The position numbers were made by a program, and so were the translations under genes. A stretch of 64,000 nt of DNA from Paramoeba atlantica. Taxonomy: Eukaryota > Protista > Discosea. A model generated the notes under the pieces. It did not search any database. It worked only from the letters and a program-made list of their open reading frames with translations, and was not told the origin of the DNA. The DNA lies in the NCBI GenBank assembly GCA_977017575.1, contig CDRNVI010000002.1, positions 558,001 to 622,000 on the forward strand. The letters run 5' to 3'. The stretch's first letter is position 1, and every line of letters starts with the position of its first letter. This document shows, piece by piece, positions 21,832 to 31,614 of the stretch.

Positions 21832-22362
21832 GCCTCTACTGACAGTCCTATTTCAGCACGAAGACGCCATGGTATCCAGGACGGGTGCTGGTCGGGTCGA
21901 CAGAGTCTATGCTCACGCCTAGCCCGCGAGGGCTAGGTACCCCAAGTGAGGTAGTACACGGGTAGTGAATCTCCTCCCCGTCGGCCAGCATCCTGTTTCG
22001 CGACCGTGTCGCTGTCGACACAGGCCCGCGCCTGCGCCCTCCCATATAGCAAGGGAAGGGTTCACAAGTCAGGCCGTGGAGTGGTCGAAAGACCCGGTCC
22101 GGAACGCGCGAATGGATTGGGTCTGTATTGCTTGTTTTAGTTTTTACTGTTTCTTGTTTGTATTATATACTTAGGGGAGATTAAATTGCTAGTTTTGGGC
22201 TGAGAAAAAACAAAAGGTACATCTGTGGAAACACAAAGATTTGCTAATTTGATTGCTTGTTTTCAACTCGTATACCCCCCCAATGGACCTACTTGGTTCG
22301 TCTACTGGGTCAAAATATAGAGGCAATGCCGCGATTCATACTTCTCCCCCCTTATTAACTGC

Positions 22363-22389
<27 letters not shown>

Positions 22390-22393
<4 letters not shown>

Positions 22394-22600
22394 GTACGTA
22401 GATAACAAACCAATTCAACATTTCCGATACTTGGGTACCATAATCAGTGAGGACACGAGCCTCGACAGAGAGTTATCTAATAGAATACGATCCGCCAACA
22501 TAGCTCTAAGGAATATGTCTATGTTTTGGCGAAACTTCGATATCTCGAACAGGACAAAGGTTTACATAACTTCATTCATTGTAAGACAAAAAAAATGAAC
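22390..22600 (+). pseudogene. Short RTE-like RT fragment
   Basis: FRYLGTIISED..NRIRSA matches YLGTVISED..NRIRRA of 28964-30547. Confidence 0.75.
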
Positions 22601-22812
22601 GTTCATTTCATAAGTACGGCCTTTTGATGAAAAGCGAAATTTACAACGTCAGTCCAAAGAATAAGAGAAAGAAAGTAGCATTCAAAGTCATGGCAGAAAG
22701 ATTCCTAGCCACTTTTAAGAACTAAGTGGTATATTATTATTATTATAAAAAAAAAAAAAAAAAAAGGCAATCTTTCTGGATGCCTGCATCTTGACAAGAT
22801 TACTGTATATGA

Positions 22813-22828
22813 TTTCTGTACCTTGTTG
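22813..22828 (+). other. 3' half of SL exon-like sequence heading a SLACS-like element
   Basis: TTTCTGTACCTTGTTG followed by a pyrimidine-rich tract and ATG at 22856. Confidence 0.65.
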
Positions 22829-23302
22829 ATTTTAATTTTCTATTTTTCTACGCTTATGACACGCCTTTCTCGTACGTCTTCTCGTTTAGATTCCGAAAAC
22901 ACGCGGAAAAAGGGCAGCAGAACAACAGTGAACAACGGGAAGTCTCACGGGAGAGTTGAAAAACAACGTACTCAACGAGATCAAAGCAAGACGAACGGAA
23001 TAAAGGTAGCAGAAGAATCAGGATCGCACACGGAGACACCAGTGAAGGTGAAGAAGACTCCAAAGATCAAGATAATAGGTTCCAAAACACTAGCCTTCCC
23101 GGCGAAAGAAGAAAGTACCCGAGGAGCGACCTCCACCGCCACCGCTTCCGCCACCGCCACCACCACCACCACCACCAACACTCCAGCCGCCGCTCGCGCA
23201 TTCGCCGCCCTCGCCCGCTCCACCGCCATCTCCTCCACATACGCCTCATCGGTCGCCACCTCCAGCGTTGCCGCTGCCGATGTCTCCGCCAAAGAAGCAA
23301 AC

Positions 23303-24014
23303 CCCCTTTTTGTAATACCCCCTTTTTGTTTATCCTAACTGGGTCGCCACTGCCACGGCATATCCTTTTGGGTGCGTCAGAAGGGGAAGATGAGGTCAGG
23401 AGCCCGGCATTGGACCGTTGCCGGTGATGGGGCGTGGCGACCCCAGCCTTCCGACGTAAGGGTTTCCGAGCTGGCAGGAGGGAATGTGTCCGTTCCTATT
23501 CCTGTTCAACCCTTGTTCGCGGCGTCGTTAACCGCGTTCCGGGGCATAGACGGGGTAGCATCCCGTCGCCGAGGCATGTATGTCGTTAGCGAGCGCGCTA
23601 ACCCTACCCCCTCGGTGGAGGTGGAACGGCATTGGTGCTAGCTGAGGTTTTATCCCTCCCCATCTCCCGGAGAAGCGAAGGGACTGGATCCTTTTTTCTA
23701 GGCTAGGTCCTTCGTTTCTCCACGCTAGGAGCGCTCCTGGACTAACAATCCGGAGCAGTGGAGTTTTTAGCGAGTGAGCTACCAGAGTCTCTGACGCAAT
23801 CCGAGATTCAACAAAACTCTGGTAAGCAAGTCTCGCACTACCCTGTAATGGGGTGTCTCCCCTGAGGTGTGTGGGTGGAAACACCCATTCATCTTGCCAC
23901 TGGAAGGTGGCCAGCTCACTCGACCAAGAAAAACCTGCCGGTTGGACACCGGGTGGCGGTCGAGGCGGTTGAGGCAAAGATTTTCTCCATGTACGAAAAA
24001 AAAAAAAAAAAAAA
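23303..24014 (+). mobile_element. Non-coding, highly structured poly(A)-tailed retroposon (SINE-like or LINE 3' UTR copy)
   Basis: 12-bp TSD AAAGAAGCAAAC (23291-23302, 24015-24026), poly(A) from 23996, many hairpins, no credible ORF. Confidence 0.78.
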
Positions 24015-25792
24015 AAAGAAGCAAACACCAGAGGAACCGCAGCCGGTGCCACCCTCGCCGCCAGCCCAAACGCCGCGGCGCTCTCATAAGCCGTCTCCGG
24101 TGCCAAGTCATCCGCAGTCGCCGCCACAGCAGTTGGAGTCAGCACCACCTTCGCCGTTACCATCACACGCGTCGCTGCGACCTTCTCTGCCGAATCATCC
24201 GCAGTCGGTACGTTCGCCGCTACCATCGAACACGTCAGCGCGGTTGTTTGCGACCCCAATTCATTCGCAATCGCCGTTACCACAGGCACGGTCGGCACCA
24301 TTGCCTCTGACATCGCACGTGCGATCGTCTCCGATGCCACATCATCCGCAATCGCCGCCACCTTCGCCACCGCAGCCACCTTCGCCACCGCTGCCGCAGT
24401 CGCAGTCGGTACCGTCTTCACCTCCACCATCTCACGCACCGTTGCAAATCAAATCTCCGACGCACAGTCATCCGGGATCTCCTCCACCGCCACCTTTATC
24501 TCCACCACCGGTGCCAACGCCGAAGCAGTCGGTCAAGAATCCGCCAAAGAAACCGTCCTTCTACGACACACTCGCCGCACATTTCCCGTCCCGCTTCCCC
24601 ACGAGGGCCAGGCGTAATTGTTTCCAAGTCTCTTCACCGACCCCGACACCCCCGCCAAAACAACATACACCGCCCATAGCACTAGTTCCAGAGCCTCCTT
24701 CGGCGCCATCTCAGCCATCTCCGGTCATAACGCCCTCTCCGCCTTCTTTTCCGCCATCATCTCCGCATAAATCTCGTCCGAGCATGCACACAGCATCCCG
24801 GAGAGCGATGGTACGAGCACTGAATGGTGTGAGTGTTGAATCAAAATCTACAGATCTTGAAAGCAAAGGAAGCTCTTCGACACCGTCCCCATTGCCGCCT
24901 CTCTTACCAACGCCGAACACGCCACCACCTATTATGCACTGTGAGGAGTCGCCCATTGCAAAAGGAGTAACGTACAACTTATACAGAACTCCAATCTTCG
25001 ACACTGATTTCGAGAATCCTGAAGAACACACAGTCATTGCTAATAATCCTGCACACGATCAAAGATGCCAAAACACATCAACCCCCTTATTCCCACAAAA
25101 TACAAATGATCAAGCACCCATTTGTGTTGATGATGAGTTTTTCGATTGCCCATCTCCACCAAAGGATACGACGATCTACGAACAAGCAACGAGTATTGTC
25201 GTTTCTCCCCGCGAAAATCAGACATCGAATGCACCTCCACACGAGAATAGTCGGACGGGAACACACCAGCCAAGTGTATCTGAAGAAAATATATCAAAAG
25301 ACACAGAAGCATCCATCGAAGAGTTCGCGATAGGGAACAGTATGATAGAAAAAATACACCCTTCTCAGGAATTCCCTTTGTCCCATCAGTCCATACTGAT
25401 GTCAACAAAACAGGCAAAAGCAGATGACACAGTTATGGTGGCGTGGAGTTTCGACTGTCAAGAACAGCTGAACGTATCGAAAGGAACAGTCAAAAATGTG
25501 CGAGGAAGAGCTGGAAAAGGGAAAATAAGCCTGGAGTATTTCGGAATACACGGACACAAACAGGGTAAATCATTCAGTGGCTTCCTTCCTCCACAGTCCA
25601 ATGTGCGTGTCTATCATCTTGTTTGGAAAAACGGGGAAGGAATTTATGATCTTTCGCAAGCCACAAACGATCCAGCACTCAACGATCCCTCGATGGCGTA
25701 CAATCACACAACTGCGGACATGGATTTTGAACCAATCCCGACGCAACGAAATATAAGTCCTGAATATGCTTCATGCGTTGTCGCCATATTTC
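24015..25792 (+). pseudogene. B1 N-terminal region (Pro/Ser-rich linker, Tudor/SH3-like module, start of pre-RT region)
   Basis: VMVAWSF..KGTV..LEY..FLPP, then DMDFEPIP..SCVVAIF, homologous to the 46582 and 51704 ORFs. Confidence 0.8.
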
Positions 25793-26010
25793 TAAGAGTT
25801 TACGAAAAGAATTTTAGGAAGTGTGCAGTGGTTAACGTGTTTCATGCACGCACCAACCAGTGCAATCTTGAATACATCTTTAGCATATACTGCACTTTTA
25901 CGCATAAACTTTACGTGTAATGTACTTTTGTTTCGTTATTTCATATAATATTTCTTAGAAGAAGATTCTTAGGACAATATTTTCTTCACTTTACTTCGAT
26001 AATTTTTGCG
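25793..26010 (+). repeat. Split direct repeat A1 (A2 at 37965-38182)
   Basis: 218-bp sequence, apparently identical in both copies. Confidence 0.92.
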
Positions 26011-27171
26011 ATGGTCAACACAAGGTCGATGGCCCAGCGTTCACAAAGGTCTTTAACTCCACCTCCGACGGGGCGTGCAGGACGGTACGATCCAGGTCAT
26101 TCTCAGATTCCGATGCCGAGTCCCTATCCTGTAGTAAATCCTTTGCCCGACATGTCACTGCCTGGAGCTAATGTTCAAGAACAGCGAAATGCATCTCATC
26201 AAGAAAGAACCCAACAGACTCAGCAAGAAAGAACGCAGCAGACACAAAGTAATTCGGAACAAAATGGGCCGGCAGCAACCCCCGTAGGTGCACCTTTAGC
26301 ACAGCGCGAGCTTGATCTTTTTGTGCATGTAAAGACTCTTATAGACCAAGGTGCAAGAGTTACTGTGAAGGCTGTTTGGGCTCCATCTACTGGGCCCGTC
26401 GCGCAAAGGCCGTACGCTCCGCAAAATACGGACACAATTATTGGAGTTCTATCGCTTGAAGGTACACAATTGTGGGCCAAATGGACGACGAACCCAAGCC
26501 GGAAGTACCGGTTTCCCCATCGCGATATCTATTACTATGATCTTGTTGTAGAAAATGTGTACTACGAAATGCCAGGGGGTCAGGAAATCGAAGTTGATAA
26601 CGAGGTGGAACGTCGGGGAGATGCGTACAACTTCGATGCAATGGATCCCTTAACATGGAAATTGTGGATGGCGCATGATGGAGATCCGTTGAAATTACGC
26701 GAATTAATTCGTGAACTACGCGACGCGGAAGAATTCGGTTTACGTGATGACCCGCCCAAGTACCGACTACGGATATTTAAGAATCTACTTGTCGAGTGGA
26801 TTTATAATGCGCGAGAGACAGAAGATTGGGATGAGGGACACTGTCTTAAGCTCGGTAAAAACATTTGTGAACTTCTACGAGACATGCATTATCAACGCGA
26901 ACTGAAGGTTGATGTAGAATCGATCCGTTCGAAAATGGAGGCTGAAGAACGTACAGGCGATCGGTTTGCTCAGCTTGCCGAAGATGAGCGTGCAAAACAG
27001 AAGAAAATCAAAGCGAAAACGGGACCAGGTAGCTTCGGAAGGAAAAAGCGTGTGTGCTTTATTTGTCATCAAATTGGACACTTGCAGAAAGATTGTCGCA
27101 GCGCAAAGACGGGGGATTTCGAAAAACGGGTGGACGGCTCTGCCATACAAGGCAGCAAGAGGTCCTACTAG
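26011..27171 (+). CDS. Gag-like protein with C-terminal CCHC zinc knuckle (Y1)
   Basis: CFICHQIGHLQKDC. Colinear with 40368-41771. Confidence 0.85.
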   Translation: MVNTRSMAQRSQRSLTPPPTGRAGRYDPGHSQIPMPSPYPVVNPLPDMSLPGANVQEQRNASHQERTQQTQQERTQQTQSNSEQNGPAATPVGAPLAQRELDLFVHVKTLIDQGARVTVKAVWAPSTGPVAQRPYAPQNTDTIIGVLSLEGTQLWAKWTTNPSRKYRFPHRDIYYYDLVVENVYYEMPGGQEIEVDNEVERRGDAYNFDAMDPLTWKLWMAHDGDPLKLRELIRELRDAEEFGLRDDPPKYRLRIFKNLLVEWIYNARETEDWDEGHCLKLGKNICELLRDMHYQRELKVDVESIRSKMEAEERTGDRFAQLAEDERAKQKKIKAKTGPGSFGRKKRVCFICHQIGHLQKDCRSAKTGDFEKRVDGSAIQGSKRSY

Positions 27172-28414
27172 GGACCCCCACCCGTAACAGCTCGTACTCT
27201 TCGAAAGAAACGAAGGGTGAAAAGTACTCCAGCTTCCGAGACTTTATCGTCCGGATCAGTGAACTCATGTCAAACTACCTCGCAAAAAGCGAAGAAGAGG
27301 AAGATTCGACAAAGTGTTCGAATTGCGGATACTGCGCCCCCTCAGGACCAAATAACGTCAAGGAGGGTGATAACAAACGTTGTAAACGACAGGAAAACCG
27401 CACAAGACAATCTTTTGTGGAGGCTGACCGCGACAAAAAAGTCAGACGCAGCCATAGAAACCTCCCTTCAAACTATGAGAGGAATGTGGGCAACAAGCAC
27501 GTGGGCCACGAGGGGACGCTTGTGGCACCAACTAAACGAGTTTTGTTGCAGGAAAAGCCTAGAGGTGACTCCCTTGTCCGCCGTAGCATACTTGGAAACG
27601 TTGACAATAGCGGTCACAACGAAACTCACATACGCCCGAAACTTGATGGCCATATTCAATGGTCTACAAATGAACACGAATGCGATAAAATTTCGTTGCA
27701 AAACATTGTTATCCGAGGGGGCTGCGGAGCCGATTCATCAAATGAAACCGATAACGCCTCTACTTCTCGCGCAATTGCGAAGCAATCTAACGAGATCCCA
27801 GGACATAGCCGCACTAATATGTTGGAAGGCGGCGTCCCGGTGGACCGAAACGTCAAACTTAGTCAAAGAACAATTTTGCCACGTCACGAGCGCAAGAGTA
27901 GTCATATGGTGGGGACGAAAGACGAAGACGACTCGATTAGACCCGTATCGGGCGTCGATGTACGCTGTGCTGGAGGGGGACGGGACGAGCGAAATAGCGC
28001 AACAAGTTTCAAAGATGAAAAAAGGGGTTCTCCTCTGCAAAACAACCGTGCGCGAAATGGACACAATAATTCGTTCGACTCTCGGGGACGGCTACGGAAC
28101 GCATTCGCTGAAACGAGGGGCGATAACGTATCTATTCGAACAAGTGGCAAGAGGCCTCTTAACCCTGGAAGAAGTGCAACGTCTAGCGAAACATCAAGAA
28201 GCAGAATCGTTGTTCCGATACAACGAGAACCCCTTGACAACAGCTCTTGCACTAGGGACCCAAAAAGCGACACAACTATTACCAATATGATGGGCTATAA
28301 AGACTTCGAATCGTACCTCGATGATTATCCTCTCAAAAAACGTCACACAATAGTGCGACCGCGCCGTTCCTCTAGATTGGCCGGCCCCGACGATCTGAAT
28401 TTACCATTGCATAT
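27121..28414 (+). CDS. -1 frame overlapping the whole YR gene and leading into the RT N-terminus (Y1)
   Basis: Stop-free (ORF 27054-28478). Ends in RRSSRLA..LPLH, as in the Y2 RT. Confidence 0.7.
27172..28290 (+). CDS. Tyrosine recombinase (Y1), in frame with gag after TAG; no early AUG
   Basis: Catalytic set R (AASRW), K (RKTKT), HxxR (HSLKR), H (AKH), Y (FRY). Confidence 0.88.
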   Translation, partial: GPPPVTARTLRKKRRVKSTPASETLSSGSVNSCQTTSQKAKKRKIRQSVRIADTAPPQDQITSRRVITNVVNDRKTAQDNLLWRLTATKKSDAAIETSLQTMRGMWATSTWATRGRLWHQLNEFCCRKSLEVTPLSAVAYLETLTIAVTTKLTYARNLMAIFNGLQMNTNAIKFRCKTLLSEGAAEPIHQMKPITPLLLAQLRSNLTRSQDIAALICWKAASRWTETSNLVKEQFCHVTSARVVIWWGRKTKTTRLDPYRASMYAVLEGDGTSEIAQQVSKMKKGVLLCKTTVREMDTIIRSTLGDGYGTHSLKRGAITYLFEQVARGLLTLEEVQRLAKHQEAESLFRYNENPLTTALALGTQKATQLLPI

Positions 28415-30618
28415 GTTGAATGTTGTTAGGCTTTCTATCCCATTGGGGATGTTGCCTCCCCGGAGTAAGCCGAGGTAGCTTTGGGGGAGGCTATCACTCA
28501 AAGGTGGATTTTCATCCACCTTGTCCGCTGAACTATCTTAACCCTTTCAGGTTGAGACATTCAAATCCAAGGACAGCATGCAAATCCAAGGACTACATAA
28601 GTATGTTCCGCAGGACCGAGAGTGGCCTCCCCCGGAGTAGCCGCCCACTACTGCTTGCTGGCATAGTTCGGGAGCGTTGAGTCTCAGCTTCAACAGTTTA
28701 GACTCCTCAGCTTCAATGGACCAAGTCTTCTAGGGTGTTATACCCCCGAGTGGCCTTGGCTCCTCAGCTTCAACGGGCTAAACTTCGGCTTCAAAGAGCT
28801 CCTATCTCTCCGAATTCTGACCCTAACCCCGTTTTAATGGGTCAGTTGCAAGCCGCAGATGAGCGGTACCCAACCCGAAAAGCGGTATGAAGTTCCCCTT
28901 AGGGGCTCATCTTCAGGGTGCATTTCAGGCCTATCCATTACAGGGTCTAGCGTTCACACAGTTTTAGTTCCTTGAGAATGATTTTTTATTACCTTTGTTT
29001 AACGTTTGGGTTTTCGTGCTCTTTCTATATTCATCTATTATCTTTATCCAACTTTTTTTATTCTGGGCTTTCAGTTTCCATGAGCAATCTGTTGTTATCC
29101 CAACTCTTTCCAGTGCAGCTACAAGGCTTCTACTATAGCATTGCAGGCTTCGTTTATATGTATTTCCTCTATTTTGAGTTGATCGATATTTGCCGAATAA
29201 CACTCTGTTCGGGAATCTATCTGGACCCATTCTTGCGACGTGTCCAGCAAACAGTAAACTTCGGGCATCTATTTGTGGCTGGAGTGGGTCCATTCCTGCG
29301 ATCGATAGGCATTCCTTCTGGGAGGTATATCTTATTGCATCCTTCGCAGATTCTTGGTGCTGTTTATCATTGTATGCGCTATTGTCGTTCTTGACCCATG
29401 GTATGCCGAAAGATGTTTTGATGTATCTTATATAGGCGCGGTTGAGTTTCAGATGCTGGGTTGGTGTAAGCGCCCACGTTGAGCTCGCATATAGTAGAAT
29501 TGGTACTATACAGACTTCCAGGATGAGTCTTTTCGTTTTCCTTGTGATAGCCTTGTCTTTCCACAAGTCTCTAAATTTTCTCATACCTGCGCAAGCTCTT
29601 CTTATTCTGTTTTCTATTTCTTCTTCCAATGAAGCATCTTCACTGATGACTGTTCCAAGGTATGAGAAGTTCCGTACTTGTTCAATAGTTTCTTCTTGTG
29701 CTTTTATCTCGGATGTGTAATACTTTTCTGCTTTGCAAGGTTGAATTACCTGTGTTTTAGTTTTCCTTGTGTTTATCCTTATTCCCCATTGGTTCATAAC
29801 CCCTACTACTGCGTTTAAGGTATTTTGCAGTTCCGTTTGTTCGTCCGACCAAAGAACAAGGTCATCCGCATACGCTATGAGTCCGAAAACATCTGTACCG
29901 GTTACTTTATCGCCTCGTTGAGCTTTTCCTTTTGGGATCCTCCATTCGACACGGATGCCTGCAGTTTTAATCTGTAGTGCTTTCCGGAGTACAGCATCAA
30001 ATGTTGCATTGAATAGCAGGCAGCTCATTCGACAGCCTTGTTTTAAGCCGCCAGGTATTTCGAAGCTTTCACTCTTCGTGCCGTCGTTTAACATGACGCT
30101 TGCAGTTGTTGTGTTATATAGTGCGCGAATTAGTTCCAATAATGGTCCTTCAATTTTCAAACTCTGAAGGGTGGCCCAGACTGCCTCTCGTGGTAAGGTA
30201 TCATAAGCCTTCTCGAGATCCAGGTAGGCAAGATATAACGGTGATTTGTGTCTCCTGACTTCCTCCGTGATTCTTCTGAGTATGAAGATCGCATCGTCTA
30301 TACCTCTATTATGTCGGAAGCCATTTTGGGCTTCTAGAAGTCTAGCATCGACGCGCGCTGCAATACGATGTGTGAGTATGCCAGATAGGACTTTCGCTGC
30401 AGGGCTCATTATTGAAATTGGGCGGTAGGATCCGGGATCGCAGGCTTTGCCTTTTGCTGCGCCTTTGTAGATTGGTATGATGTGGGAGTGCGTCCACTCT
30501 TTGGGAACCTTGGAGTTTTGCCAGCAAAGTTTCAATATCCATGTCATCCAAATAATTGCGGCTTTTCCTGCATATTTGAGATGTTCGGGGAAAATTCCGT
30601 CTGGGCCTTGTGCTTTCC

Positions 30619-30626
<8 letters not shown>
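28415..30626 (-). mobile_element. 5'-truncated RTE-like LINE with ~550-nt structured 3' UTR (its 5' tip continues at 36208-36222)
   Basis: RT ORF and conserved terminal stem. GKNRKAQGPDG is restored when the CRE block 30627-36207 is removed. Confidence 0.88.
28964..30619 (-). pseudogene. RTE-like reverse transcriptase (5'-truncated)
   Basis: KAQGPDG, YRPISI, DLEKAYD, GLKQGCRMS, YADD, FSYLG, FAGHVARM. Confidence 0.92.
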
Positions 30627-30654
<28 letters not shown>

Positions 30655-31010
30655 CTCCTCTTTCTCACCTCTTGACATACTTTTCCCACCTTTCTCCCTA
30701 CTTTCCTGCTTTCCCCTACCCAACTTTTCAACTTTTCAGGGGGGGTAAGGTCTCCCTCAGCTTCGCCTCACCCGGCCTGCAGGCGGCTCCTCAACCATTC
30801 GCGCGTTCCGGACCGGGTCTTTCGACCTCTCCACGGCCTGACTTGTGGACCCTTCCCTTGTTATACGGGAGGGCGCAGGCGCGGGCCTGTGTCGACAGCG
30901 ACACGGTCGCGAAACAGGATGCTGGCCGACGGGGAGGAGATTCACTACCCGTGTACTACCTCACTTGGGGTACCTAGCCTTGACGGACTAGGCGTAGAGG
31001 CCTTTTAGAG
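30627..31010 (-). mobile_element. Tail-only group-A variant (common core + different purine-rich distal end) with poly(A)
   Basis: Core matches 2632-2830 and diverges after GCGCGAATGG. Ends in a long T-run on the plus strand at 30621-30654. Confidence 0.85.
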
Positions 31011-31614
31011 CGTAGAGGCCTTTTATTTTTTTATTTGGGAAGACGTTTTTTTTGCAATTAATAAGGGGGGAGAAGTATGAATCGCGGCATTGCCTCTATA
31101 TTTTGACCCAGTAGACGAACCAAGTACATAGTAGGTCTATTAGGGGGGTATATGAATTTAAAACAAGCAATCAAATTAGCAATTCTTTTCATTTCCACAG
31201 AAGTATATTTTCTTTTGCTTTTTTCTCAGCCCAAAACTAGCAATTCAATCTCCCCTAAGTATATACGACAAATAAGACACAGTAAAAATAAAAACAAGCA
31301 ATCCAGACCCAATCCATTCGCGCGTTCCGGACCGGGTCTTTCGACCACTCCACGGCCTGACTTGTGAACCCTTCCCTTGCTATACGGGAGGGCGCAGGCG
31401 CGGGCCTGTGTCGACAGCGACACGGTCACGAAACAGGATGCTGGCCGACGGGGAGGAGATTCACTACCCGTGTACTACCTCACTTGGGGTACCTAGCCCT
31501 CGCGGGCTAGGCGTGAGTATAGACTCTGTCGACTCGACCAGCATCCCGACCAGCTCTTCATGGGCGCAAACGTGTTCCCGTGCCAAAAGGGGCGCGGTCG
31601 ACGTTTACGAACGT

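Larger units (their letters stand above)
17950..22389 (+). mobile_element. Full-length CRE-clade element, family A4
   Basis: SL head, ORF, common 3' UTR, A27. Confidence 0.92.

Noticed and set aside
23598-23606. CTAACCCTA as a telomerase template in the non-coding insert
   Set aside because: A 9-mer is expected about 0.5 times by chance on two strands of 64 kb, and half of it is buried in a stem.
23528-24439. 303-aa minus-strand ORF, and similar Gly/Ala-rich antisense ORFs (22981-23292, 60250-60564)
   Set aside because: Shadows of Pro-rich low-complexity sense sequence. The first runs through a poly(T) and an insertion junction.
28680-28920. Hammerhead cores (CTGAGGA, GATGAG-stem) or group I intron P/R/S-like words in the RTE 3' UTR
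   Set aside because: No GAAA follows stem II. The group I-like words cannot be assembled into P3/P7 by eye.
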